Shown piece by piece: positions 1 through 12,872 of a stretch of DNA of 64,000 nucleotides. A program made the translations under genes and the position numbers. The notes under the pieces are model-generated. The model was given only the letters and a program-made list of their open reading frames with translations, ran no database searches and was not told the origin of the DNA. Position 1 is the first letter of the stretch. The number at the start of each line of letters is the position of its first letter. Location of the stretch: NCBI GenBank assembly GCA_963924565.1, contig OZ004612.1, positions 26,908,001 to 26,972,000 of the forward strand. The letters are read 5' to 3'. The DNA comes from Ascidiella aspersa (lineage: Eukaryota).

Positions 1-793
1 ACAACTGTACGACCTCCAAAAAATCTGTACGGTATCATTTCTTATTGTTTGTGATATTTATCGAAATATACGGGAAGTTTTTCCGTCATAAGTGGACATT
101 GCTTTTTCTGCTTTTAGAATGAAAAATTTTAATGACGCAAACAAACTTTAAACCGTGACTTTAGTAACTTGTATATGCTTTTGGAGCAAGTGTGGTTCTT
201 GCCAATTTTTAAACATTCAGTATAGAAATATTAAAATTTTACCAAGTGGCACATGATTGAAATGTGGCTTTTTGTTATGTGCAATAAACCGCCCTTCAAA
301 AAAAAAAAGGTTGTGAACCACTAGTATAGGTCATCAGCTGAAACGTGATGCTACCGGAAATCCCTATAGTTGGTTGCACTGGCATATGTCGGCGACCATA
401 CGTTGCTTACAGCAATACAAGTCACGACTCCAGTCCAACGGCTGCTCTGTGACTTCAAGCGACATGACAAGCTGGTTTAAAAAAAAACAACTAAACAGCA
501 CTTAACTCAAATAATCTTCTGAAAGCAAGTAGATTGGATAATACCAACACTTAAGCAAAACACATAAATTTCTGTTCACTGCGTATTTGACGTTTTGCCT
601 TCAGTGGTTTGTCGAATATATTTAAACTATCCTAAAACACTCCTAAGCAACGAGCAGTTATCGAACTTTTTTAGATGAGCAAAGTTATGTGTGTGAGTGA
701 GGAAATAACACATTTTTGCAACGTGTTGTTCATTGCGGTTAGTTAAGTAAAAAATGCGGCTCTTGGGCCATGACTGGTTTCCTGGTGTCTCGG

Positions 794-1195
794 CAGTGGC
801 GTAGCCAGCCGAAAATTGGGGGGGGGGGGGGCAAAAAGTTTGGACTTATATGTTTAGCTTTTGTCATTGTAGTAACTCCTGTAACGAACACAAAAACAAT
901 GCTAGCAAACCTTTTCGAGCAGCAACTGAATGAGTGTTAAACGCAATACCCAAAACTATTAAAAGAGCAAAAACTGTCTAAAAGTAGTAAAACTACATTA
1001 ATGTATAGCAAACGTAATATTAACTATAACGTTTGCGACGTTGCAATGCATGGCAATTAAAGGTGTTGTATGTCTGTGATCGAATGTTATGGTACTGCTC
1101 ATAAATGCTAAAAAAAAACAAATTATTAGGAATAAATTTGGGGGGGGGGGGGTGGAGCATGGCCCCTCAGTCAGCCCCCCCTGGCTACGCCTATG
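794..1195 (+). mobile_element. Non-autonomous hAT-like MITE (family A)
   Basis: TIRs CAGTGGCGTAGCCAG / CTGGCTACGCCTATG. Perfect 8-bp TSD TGTCTCGG (786-793, 1196-1203). Confidence 0.9.
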
Positions 1196-1756
1196 TGTCT
1201 CGGTGGCAATTAGTCACTCAGCCATATTCTCGAAAGTTTTTCTAGCTTTACCAGAGCGTACTTTCGGAAACGGGCTGCTTGTAAATCAACAAGGATGGCG
1301 GGTAAAACAAGTAACTACAATACTCGTCGCGCCAATCATATGACGGTCGCCTGTTAGCAGGCTTTAAGTTACCGCGACAACAATTATCAAAAGTATACGC
1401 CATAGCCACTGTAATAAATAGTTGACTAAATAAATAAAAATGAAGCAATGTGATACACGCCAAACTATTCACTACAGCATTTAAACGCTTTGCCTAAACC
1501 AAATTTGTTCAATCCTTTTTTATAGTTTGTTTTCATGAAACGTTTTAAACTAATGCAGGCGATTAACATAGTAGCAGCTAATTTACGGCGAGGTATAGTT
1601 AGGTAATTAGTCGATTTGTGTGTCGCAGACTAGATCGGGACACAATCCCCAAAGTAGCTGCTAAGGATAGGAATGACTTTACTTTCTCGAGCAAGACGTT
1701 TATTGGTCAGAACGATAATCAGTATACGGCAAATAGTGCTCGCATAAGGCTACAGC

Positions 1757-1920
1757 TTGTCTCTAACCAACGAGATTACAAATTGTGCTCAAAATACGTT
1801 CGATTCTCTAGGTATCCACCCGACGAATCCTGATGCAACACAACGCTATCCAAAACGAAATCGCACACAAAGATATCAGGCAGCGCTGAGAAAGGGGGGC
1901 TACGAAATTTATGATGTCAA
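1757..1920 (+). mobile_element. Possible relic of a Gypsy-type LTR retrotransposon 3' end
   Basis: Encodes RYPKRNRTQRY, similar to the RYPxRxR tails of Gypsy integrases, followed by a polypurine tract GAGAAAGGGGGG. No other domain is visible. Confidence 0.3.
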
Positions 1921-2172
1921 GTTACTCGACCTTTTCAGCTTTAAGAATCATTACGTCACAAATTTAATTATTGTAGCCCTTTTGTGCCAAACGATTGAGC
2001 GATGCTTTCAGCCGCGGGAACCGCCGGTGGCATTGCACACCGCCGACTTGGTTTCCTTGGGGCAATAAGGTTTTGTGTGAATTTTGCAGCCTCCGTTTTC
2101 TCAGCGCTGCGTGACTCCTTAGTGCGCGATTTGGCTGTTTTGTATTTCGTGGGGGTAGCTTGGGCCTTGTCG

Positions 2173-2540
2173 CAGTGGCGTAGCCAGCCGAAAATTTGGG
2201 AGGGGCTAACAAGTTTGAACTTTTTTGTTTAGCTTTTGTCATTGTGTTTACTGCCGTAAAGAGCACAAATAACATTGTTAGCAAACCGTTTCGAGCAGCA
2301 ACTGACTGGGTGTTAACGCAATACTCAAAAACCATTCAAAGAGCAAAAACTGACTAAAAGTACTAAACCTACATTGACGTATAGCAAACGTAATATTAAC
2401 TACATCGTTTGTGACGTAACAGTGGATGGCAATTGAAGGTGTGGCATACCTGTGATCGAATGTTATGGTACTGCTCATAAATGCTAAAAAAAAATATTAA
2501 GAGTAAAATATTTATAAATTTTGGGCCGGCCATGACCCCT
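2173..2540 (+). mobile_element. Family A MITE, 3'-truncated copy
   Basis: Collinear with 794-1170. The right TIR is missing. Confidence 0.85.
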
Positions 2541-3285
2541 GTTTGTTTTTTGAGTTATTGCTCATAATGGGACGAAGTTACCAGTTTGAATATAGTTTAA
2601 AGTTTTAGTTTTAACTTGAAGTTGGCTTGCTCTAATCAGTAAAAAAAGTCGTAGCAGATCAAAATTAGCGGTGAGTATGACGTCACACTGCGCTTGGTTC
2701 ACACGGCCGCGCGCGTTACGAAATTACGGGTTGCTTAATTATTATCCACTGCTGCTATAACCTTAGGTTTTACGTTTGTTAGCGGTCCCCGCTCGAAATA
2801 TTGTACTTTAAATATCGCGCTTATTGCAAAAGGCTACATAGTATTTCTATAAGAATACCCTAAATTTCCTATTTATCCTGGGCAACGCTGGTTATTTCGT
2901 CTAGTATTTTTAATTATGTGTTGTGGCGCACGGCTTTGACAAACTTACTCCCGATAAGGAAAATATAACATGTGATAAGGATATACAACTCGTTCGGTTT
3001 ACCTACAGTTAATTTAACTACGCGAAATTGTGTAGAGTAAGCCAAGCGAATAACAGTGGTTAGTGAAACAGAAATTACTCGATTTCTATATGTTTAAATT
3101 TTTATACCAAATGGAAAGCGACACATGAAGGTAATAAAACTAGTAAATACCCTTTATAAACTTGACAACGCTGTGTAGTTTACCTAGTTTATAATACCAT
3201 AATTACAGTCATAAATAACAGAGGCAATTTGTTCCCGCCTTTAACTGGTTACCCTTCGTGTGGGGTAATACTAATTGCGGAATAA

Positions 3286-3463
3286 TGAATGGTCGGAATG
3301 GTCGGAACGCTCACTAATTAAAGTGTTACCCCGTTAAAACAATTATTAAACCAACGCACAATATTTGAGTTAGGGTGGGGGTTAGCGTTTGGGTGAAGGT
3401 GGGTCAAGTGTTATTATATTTAATAATAATACTGTGAGCGTTCCGACCTTTCCGACCATTCAT
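3286..3463. mobile_element. MITE with ~30-bp TIRs and a GGGTTAG-like core
   Basis: ATGAATGGTCGGAATGGTCGGAACGCTCAC ... GTGAGCGTTCCGACCTTTCCGACCATTCAT. The core is shared with 12670-12740. Confidence 0.75.
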
Positions 3464-3860
3464 CAAGTCGTAAATTAGTGTTACCCGTCGTGTGTGAAAC
3501 GCTAATTTTCGGCATCAATTTAAAGAATCGAACTATCTACCTGTGGAAAACGCGACCACTGCTTCACCTACTGAGTTATTAAGCACAATCTCTCAGAAAA
3601 TGGTACGTCCACTATTATAACTACCGTTGTTTGAAATACCTAAGCAAAAACGACATACATTGTTAGCACTAATGTATCGCTATGATGTGCAAATTGTAAA
3701 TATGGGGCATGGCTCTGTAAACGCGACTTTGGCCTAAACTGTAACTGGATTTAGGTATTTTACATGCCTGCCTAAACAAACATGTTTTATAGAGTTAGCT
3801 CCACCAGGCAAAATATCAATAGATAGAAAAAAATCGCTCTTCTGGTGTAAACGAAGTATA

Positions 3861-3904
3861 AACCGACGTTTCGGCAGCAGATACCAGCAGACCTCATCAG
3901 GGTT
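3861..3904 (-). ncRNA. Minimal type-I hammerhead ribozyme motif (Penelope-like element relic)
   Basis: Reverse complement AACC-CUGAUGA-GG..CC-GAAA-CGUC-GGUU: intact core, 4-bp stem I, weak stem II. Confidence 0.55.
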
Positions 3905-6331
3905 AATAATTAAAACGAGAGTGCGTTAGCCATCTTATATACTGAGCAGTAAAAAATATTGAAAAAACGTAGATTAATAATTCTAGACGTCGCTGAAGTA
4001 TGCGATAAGCCGTGAAGCCGGATGACCCCGGCGCGAAACATGTTTTATGTTACAACCTTGTCTAACGTTAATAGACATGTGGCAGACTACATGAAAGCAC
4101 AAATATAAGCCAATTCTACTAATGTATAGAAACAAATACAGGTTAATATTAGTAGAAAGAAACACCAAAAATAGTGCTTCGCCTAGATTAGTGCCATTTT
4201 TCACTGTCTAACTAAAAAAACGCTACGAGTCTAAAACCAATTCCGTTGGACAATGTGCCACACATTCAGTGAAACAAGAATTGATTACAGACAATGCCAA
4301 ACCAATAAAGCTACACGCAAGTAGGCTACAATAATAAAATATGGAATTATAGGAACTTTGCCTCGCATAAATCTAATTATGGTAAACTCAGCCCTGATAA
4401 ACAGTATTCACAGATAAAAATCTTTTGCACGCAGTCAGGTGTAATTAACGCAAAAAAAAACTGTAAAAATCAACCAGAAAACTAAAAAACTACACGTTGA
4501 ACGCCAGTGATTGTCAAACAATCTTGGGTTTCCGGAAACATTAAGCAAATAAAAACTAAATTGCGCCACATTTTCTACGATTTCAAACGACTGTAATTCT
4601 ACATCGGCTCCAAATACACAGCAAGACTGTAATAAGTGAAGGCCGTTTTGTTATTATTAGCCATTTAATGGAGATGGTGCGTTGAACAACCACTTGCTTA
4701 TATGCAAACAAAATAGTATCAACCTTGCAAGGGTCTGAGGTGTTTTCATTATCACATAATCAGTGCTACATGGACAGGCATACATCAAATTAGACTTTCA
4801 ACAAATTACCAACCCATCTAGCTAATCTTTACCTTTCCTCGTAAAAGTTATTTACCAAAATTGAAAAAGGTTCCGTGGTACACCTGGTAACCTCTAAAAC
4901 TGTGCAATTTTTTTTGAGCCACTGAACGCTTTATGTATCAAATAAAATTGCGGAACACAAACGTAAGCTTATAAATGAGATTGTACCTAAATAAACATCA
5001 ACATCACGTTCGTTCAGTTTTCCTAGTGCGATACCTTGGCATGTTTGAATTAGAAAAAAAATTAATATTCGAGCTGTATTGCAATCCTATTTTTACTAAC
5101 GAGTCTTATTACTACATGCAATAAATTAAGCCAATTACAATATAAAAGGCAAACTGCTGATTATGGTAACTACTAACATAAAACAAAATCTACAAAGTCC
5201 AATGTGTTAAACCAGTGAGTTTAACCGGTGTCCATGGGACATTTGAAAAACTAATAAATTTGTCGTCGAACAGCTGACAAGTTTTCACGAAACACTAGTG
5301 TTCCGCGGAACATCCGGTTAATTTTATAATCGCTGACCAACACTGCGCTCCTAAGACCAAAGCAGTTAAATTTTCAACACTTTTTTGAGCAACAACGCCA
5401 AGTGAAAGTTTACAATATTTTCTTCTACATCCATAGGATAAATTATTTTTAAGCATTACTGTTTAAAATAAATGATAGCGCTTTATCTTATGTTTGGAGC
5501 ACGGGGTACACAATATCAATCTATTTATATATATATATAACTTCGTCGCAAAACTTTAAAGGTTTTCGTCTTGGCAAGCGCCTTAATAATGTTCGTAATA
5601 GTCGCGCCGCTTTTCTATTTGTCCAGTAAACTCGCCTCTTAGTCATTCAATCATACCATTATGTTTGCGTGATTCTCAGCAAATGCTTGATTTATAGACA
5701 GGAACTGAGAAGAAAACTCCCAGCTCGGAAGCCCTAGTTGTCTTCATCAGAATATTTACAGTCTAGACTCGAAAATGTATTATAGCTAAGTGGTACCGAA
5801 AAAGCCACTCCCTTGCTTTTGCGGTCGGAATGTATCTACTAATCAAATAGCTGTTCTCTTGTTAAGTAGACATGACAAAATGTCCTGGACCTGATGGCGT
5901 TATTAGGAACACGCAGTATTTGATTTTTTAAGCTCTGAATTATAATGCACAAGTATCTGTTTAAGTATAGATGGGAGGCGCTTAGTTACTCACAGTAAAC
6001 AACGCTAAACTGAAAAAGGCATTTTTTATCTGTCATAAGTTTTCTCTCTTCAAGTTTTCTAGGGGCGTAAAAATATTCGATTCTGACCAATACCCCAATA
6101 CATGAATATACTGTTGCTGCCAGGCATTATATTAATTATAAAGAGGGTTCTTCCGACAATTATTTATTCTGTACCGACGTTTCGATAACCTATCCATTAG
6201 AAGGCTGCAGCCGGTTATCACGTTTTCACGTTATTCACGCCTTGTTTCCTTTTTTCGCCTCGTTTTGCCACCTTGTTTTTTCGTCGTTTTTGTTCACTGT
6301 ATATATACCTCTACAAGGTTACAAGTTTATA

Positions 6332-6374
6332 TGCCCTGAAGAAGATTACCTGGATAGGTTATCGAAACGTCGGT
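6332..6374 (+). ncRNA. Minimal type-I hammerhead motif within an inverted-repeat Penelope-like relic (6134-6412)
   Basis: UGCC-CUGAAGA-A-GAUUACCU-GGAU-AGGUUAUC-GAAA-CGUC-GGUA. A 62-bp inverted repeat spans 6134-6195/6351-6412. Confidence 0.65.
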
Positions 6375-9300
6375 ACAGAATAAATAATTGTCGGAAGAAC
6401 CCTCTTTATAATTGACACCAATACATGTTGTGCGGTACATAAGAAGAAAGGCGTATTGCTTACGACAGATGCACTAAATATCGCAGTCAGGCGTAAATTG
6501 AGGCAAATGAAACGTGTCGCACACACAGGGCTGCGGATTGGATAAAATACACACGAGCTCGACTAATCCGACTTCGGCCAAAAAAATTAAACCTGAGTCT
6601 GACTCCCAACACCGCAACCCTGTACACATCCCTGTAAAGAAAAGGCGTTTACCGTTTGTTATAGAATAAACAAAATCACTAAATTAAATCAAAATGCCTA
6701 ATTATCGCTGTTATGCCACTTTGTTTTAAACGAAATGTCGCTGCATATTTGGCACGTAACATGCGGCTAAGGCAGGTGCTTAATAGTGATTCCTGGCAAC
6801 TCGTAACATTAAAATATGAACAAATTCGAACTTTTAAACCCATGACGCGCACAACTTTGTTTTGCGCATAATAATTTAGAAATGTTTGGCCGCACAACGT
6901 TTTCACTTAATGGTAAATCTTACAAAGATATTTGTCGCTGCTAGACTGAATAGGATATATATTTAAACCTCTTCATTGTATAATGCAATTTCTCAAAACG
7001 AAACCGTCCAATTTCTAACGTAAAGAATCCAAAATTCTCATTCAACACGTTGAAGTTGAAGTATATTGGTTAATTATGAGCCTCATTAATGTATTTTGCC
7101 TTGCCAATCAACCTAACTATTACTTCAAGAAAGAAACTTATTCAAATAGAATTGTTCATCATTTGCTTCATATTAAGCCTTAACTAAAAAAAAACAACCA
7201 CTCGACTGTTTGCTTCTGGGTTTCTAGACGTACTGGGCAATATTGATTTAAGCTTTCGCATATACAAGTTTAAAGTTTGCATGAAAGAGGAAAGGCGACA
7301 CGAAAAAGCGGAAATGATTCATTACCCGGAGCCTTTTTGGCAGCCGGGAACTGTTACAGTAACTTGTTCACACAGGTGAAATACTTTTATCTGTAACGGA
7401 AATATGTGTCACGATATAAAATTACTCATGTGTGAAACAGCCAAATGCTTTGTGCTCAGAGTGACAGCGAGTGTTTGGTAAAAGGCTTGAAAAAGTAGCA
7501 ACATTTTTGATTTTACACATTCAACAAAAAACTAAAATGACCCGAAACGCTACAAAGTATATAAAGCAGACAATACAGGATCGTTTATCGAAAAAAAAAG
7601 CACTACGTGGTTCGCTGCTGGTCTGCATTTGCTTTGTTCAAACCTATTTGCTGTATAATGTAATGTCTCGTACGGAAACCGTCCAATATCTGACGAAAAG
7701 CAAATACGTAAAGCAATATAAACAGACATGACATGATCGCTTAACGAAAAAATCAAAACGTTGTACAGCGAAAGTCGGTTAAGGGCACTGTTGCGGATTA
7801 AGTTTGAAATCGATTTTGTCCGCCCGTCCGCCACAAAACGCCTTCTCGGCTAGACAAGGGCGTTTTCTTCTGAACACAATTGGACGTTGGCGACCTGCTG
7901 TGCAATAACCGGCAATGTACAAGCGTCGGTCTGCGTTGGTGTATCCAGCTGTGAACGACGGGGCAGAGCGCAGTTCCTGTCGAGTTCTGTGTTTCCTTCG
8001 AAAAGCCTAGATTTTGCGCAACGTCACTACGAATAACGCGCACTTTTCCCACGAGCAATTACTCTTCGTAGTGCATAAATATAACTCTTGCAAAATAGTT
8101 GTGAATTTTGTTGTTTTATGCGCAAGATATGCAATTTATCAATGTAAATATGCCGAAAGTGCCCCGACTATGTTACGTTTTTTCGCGATGTTATCTTCTG
8201 TGCGAACTTCCGAGAAATAATCGGCCATAAAAAGAGGAAGTATGATAATAAACAAAAGTAAATAATCGTTAGCCGCATGAGAGCTTTTCTATTTTAATTT
8301 GTTTTCCTCGTGCTTTTTTCGCCATCTTTTTATAAATAAAAAAACAGAAAAAAATCAAACCTAGATTTTCGAATGGCCTAAATCTTTACCCCGGTTCCAA
8401 AATAGCAAAAGCTCCACATGTGTGATACCAGAGTACTACATTAATTAACTACTCTGAATCCACAATAACTGAAGATGATACAATTTCGTATCAAAGTGTC
8501 TTTATTAAAATGATGTCGATCTACTCGACATTTTTCGCCTTGAAAATCATTATTACGCTCAAATCATTGTCGTGATTTAATAATATGTTGAGTAAACAAA
8601 AACTAAAAAAAAAACCTTTAAAATAAACATGTTTTTTTAAATGAAACATGCAAAGCTAAGGTTTTCGGGCTAAACGAACTTCAAAAACGTCTTTGCGGGA
8701 CAACTATGCATTTACATACAAAAAGTTGGCAAAACTTCGATTGTTGATATTTCCAATCCAGGAGAGATATTACACCAGGTTGTAGCCTGTAATAGGTTTC
8801 TCTATAACCTAGTTAAAATATCTAAAAAAATATTACAAATGGCCTTTTACCCATTTCGTAAATGAGGTGGCAGGCCGGGCCGGATGATATTCATAGGTGG
8901 GCCGGATTTGACCCACAGGCCCTAGGTTGCCCAACGCCAATCCCTGAATTGGGCAATGTAACCAAACTCCGTTTGTTTTGTTTGTTTAAATTGCAATAAG
9001 TAATCTGTTGAGTTCCTGTTTTTTTAATTTACCCTAGTCTAGGTCCAAACCTAATGAATGTCAATGTGTATTTCTGATAGAAAACACGTTTGTTTTACCA
9101 ATGTTAGTTTCTCTTGTAAAGTAACGCCCGCGAAATGAACTTCCGTGACAATAACCAAATCGCAAACGCCCGTTTTACATGTTACTGCTGTTAAAACAGG
9201 ATGATAGCCTAACATACCGGTACAATCACAACAAAAGGGTTTCAATAAGTTACTATTCTATAATTGACTATAGTGCGCTTCGAAAACTTAGAACTATGTA

Positions 9301-9610
9301 AATCTATAACGATTCTGTCAATATATTTATCGTGACCTTAAATAAACAAAAACAAATTGTGTATTCGATTAGACACTATTATGTAAGTTATGTGGTTCCG
9401 ATTTTGTAAACAATAAAACTAAAAGTTTAAAAACCCGATTAAAACGAGGATCAGACATTTTATAAAGAAATACATATTTTCCTAATACTGGCATCGTCAG
9501 TTTCTATAAGGTTTTGTATCCATAAAGATACGTCCTTTTATATTATGATTTTGTAAGGGTTGCTGTTTATTTGTGGTAGGTTTAGTTCATCATATGCAAC
9601 TTGCTTAGAG

Positions 9611-9962
9611 CAGGGGTTCTTAAACTGGGGTCCATGGCTTTCTTGGGCGTCCGTGAACTAGTTTTAGGGGGGCCATGAAGGCCTAATTGAAATGCCATTG
9701 TAGGCCCTATTGTTAAATAGTAACCAATTTTTCAAAGAAAAGAGTTTAATTAAAAATAAAACAGTTTTTCACTGAATGTATTTATACTCGAATTAACTTT
9801 CAAATTTTGGATCGAAATCAGCGGGTTTCTGTAGTCTATTTGTATTGTTATTGTAAATGTATGACGTCATCTCTGAAAATAAAAAAAGTGCCAACCGTGG
9901 TCCACGCGAAGCAAAAAATTAAATTAGGGGCCCGCGGAAAAAAGTAAAAGAAGAACCAGCTG
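9611..9962 (+). mobile_element. hAT-like MITE (family B); related copy at ~58100-58415
   Basis: CAGGGGTTCTTAAAC...GAAGAACCAGCTG termini. Internal sequence is collinear with 58110-58415. Confidence 0.7.
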
Positions 9963-10554
9963 ATTTAAAGTGCATGTCATAGGCAATCATGGAGTAGTAG
10001 TAATCTTTAAAGAAACTGTGGGGTTCAAGTTCGTTTTCTGAATGTATAGTTTAATCGGTTGAAGGGCGTTTTAGTTGAAGCTTCATTTCTGAGTACGACT
10101 GTTTAGGTTTCATGTCTAACTCGCTAGCCAACCACAAAATGAGAGGAGAGATAGAATTTTATTTGTTGAATGCGAAACGACCAGATTCAAATTATAGAAG
10201 GCGGAGCAAGTGAACATTCAGAAGATGCTACTCATAAAATGTCTCAGCGCAGCTTCGCAAGACGTGACTCGATAATACAAAGGTCAATTTCCAGGCCTAC
10301 ATACGCAGGCCTGGCAAGTCGACCACTTACGACCGTGACTTCGCCACAACCAAATGAGCTAAATAACATATAACACAAGGGTGTCATTAACATAGCGTTA
10401 GACCCCAAATGCGAAAAGATCATAAATTTTCCACAGAAGAAAACATTGTAAAATAACAAATATGTCATGGCACAGTAATGTGAAAGGATTTCGACTGGCC
10501 AAATACCAGTCTGCCACTACAACTAAACATCAAAATCCAGAAACACGTGTATGG

Positions 10555-10945
10555 CCGTGTTGCAAATAAATTATTTTAAACTGACTTAAGTCTTGTTCAA
10601 GTCATTTATAAAATAACTTAAGTCCAAGTCAAGTTTTTTTCAAATAAATAATAACAAGCCAAGTCATAAAGCAAGTCAAGTCAGGTCTTTTTCATAAAAA
10701 TTAAACTTTAAACTATTAGAACTTTTCAACCCGTACGATTATAAGAAAAACTGATCTAAAAAATGAGAAAACGCAACATAAGTAATTTGTTTTATGTGCA
10801 AAAATGGATCAATTGCTCTATTTCATTAAAACAAATAATAAAAACACTTCATTTCAACTCAAGTCATTTGTTCAAATGGTTTAAGTCAAGTCAAAATAAA
10901 AAAAAAATGTAAAAACAGTGACTTAAGCCAAGTCATAACAACACT
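10555..10945 (+). mobile_element. Interspersed repeat built on CAAGTCA/TGACTT subrepeats
   Basis: Many CAAGTC(A) motifs. Related tracts at ~46010-46370 and ~50050-50430 (reverse), ~48800-48915 and ~53160-53295. Confidence 0.6.
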
Positions 10946-12600
10946 TGTATTTGCCTTATGATCCAGTGTGTTGAAAGAAAGCAATATAAGAGATGGATTT
11001 CGCACATTTCTCACGCTCCCCGTGCGATAACCTCGTTCGGTAAACGACCGCAAAGGCAACGCCCGGGTATCGAACGATGAATTGCAACCCGCGAGCTTTT
11101 CTCAGTGGGAGGCGCAACACGAACAAAAGGCAGCGGCAAAATTTAATAACAGAAGAGAATCGCCTAGCATTTAATATTGCTACAATCCTTTTCCGGTCTT
11201 CCGACGGTAACAATATTGTAAGCCGGGCGCTTTTATTAATGTGGAGGCTGTTTAACATAGATCCATTATTACGCCAATCAAAAAACATTACAGGCAATAG
11301 TTTATATATCCGTTATCTGAGGTGAAACGCAAATTCCCTTTCTAATTGTCCCCTTGGATTTAAATCCTAGTCCGATCTTGATTTTATCGTCATTGCAACG
11401 AATGTTGTTTTTGTATATTGCCAAACACATTCCACCGGAGAGACTTACCGGAATCAAAAGGGCTTGACCACAGAATACACGTTGTATATATTTGGTTTTT
11501 GGTTGCCAAATGCAATTCATTTTTTTTTTGTAATTTTTTTTTTTGTAATTATAAAATGCATGTGTTGCGTCAAAAATATAGGATCCTCTGTACTTCGCGG
11601 CCTGTCGGATGCCTGAGTGCTAGACTTGGCATTTTACAAGTATAATCAAACAGAGATCATTAAAAAAGCGGTCATTGATTAAAACGGACGCAAACGGAGA
11701 CGTTGTGATTTGGTCACGATCCCAGTCTAGCCCAACCTGACTGTCCCAAAATATACAATCTTTCCAACAAGTTTAAGCGATGCAAAAAAAGTACAAGGTA
11801 CAATGGTAACTAATGATTTTAAAAGGTGTCGATGTAAAAAGTGAAAAGATAAGGAACAAAACAAGTGAAATGGAAGGTGCCGCAAGGGTGGGATAGGTGA
11901 GAAAGCAAGTAAAAGCGCCATCGTGGAAATTACACAAACAAAACGAATAAAATAATCGGTGCAACACATGGACAAAATCATGATATGATCTATAGTAGAC
12001 TGTCATTTTTGTTGTTGAAAAAACGCTCTCCCTATTTTAATTGGATTTGTTACGGATGTAATAGTAATATTGAAGTTGTTATTAATAGGAAAAAATGTAT
12101 CAACGTTCAGAACTAAACAAAGGAAAAAAACTAAAATAGGTAATATATATATTATTTTAAAACTTCTACAAAAAGAGCAATTGAACAAATAACCAAAAAA
12201 GTCTGTAAAGAGTTCAGGCGCTTGGTTTGAAATGCCTTATTTCCTACGTTTTAAATACTTCCGGCACAAATTGTCCAAGCAACATACATGGCTTGCACTT
12301 GCCGGAAATGTACAATTAACACTTATAAGGCATGTGTCATAATTCTTTGCCATTTAAAGCCTTGGTGCGAGAAACTGCTTGCCCTTCGTTGCATTTCCTC
12401 ATTGCACCTTTCCCTATCTCGAGTTGCGTTGCAAGTTTTGCCATTGTCGAAAAACCTGTGACATTTAATAACAATCAAGCCAATTATATTGTGTCTTGGA
12501 CATTTACAAAATACTTTATTGCTATTGGTAATTGTTAAATAAACGGTGAACAACATTCACAGCACAACAAGCTGAAATTCTTCACCATTATGCAATTTTC

Positions 12601-12872
12601 GGCGCTCTTTTACTTATGTACGTGAAAAGTTATGCCAAAAACAAAACAAAATAATACCGCATACCACAACGCATATTGTTTGGGTTAGGGTGCGGGTTAG
12701 CGTTTGGGTGAGGGTGGGTCAAGTAATATTATGTTTAATATTAATAATAACTTGACCCACGCTCAACCAAACGCTAACCCGCACCCTAACCCAAACAATA
12801 TGCGTTGTGGTATGCGGCATTTGAAGAAAATTTTTTTTTATTAATTTTCACGTACATAAGTAAAAGAGCGCC
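12601..12872. mobile_element. Foldback/palindromic MITE
   Basis: Outer TIR GGCGCTCTTTTACTTATGTACGTGAAAA, an inner inverted repeat with ~70-bp arms, and an 8-bp TSD CAATTTTC (12593-12600, 12873-12880). Confidence 0.9.

Noticed and set aside
10290-10340. WQVDH string resembling a retroviral integrase motif
   Set aside because: It is too short, flanked by stops, and has no supporting domain context.
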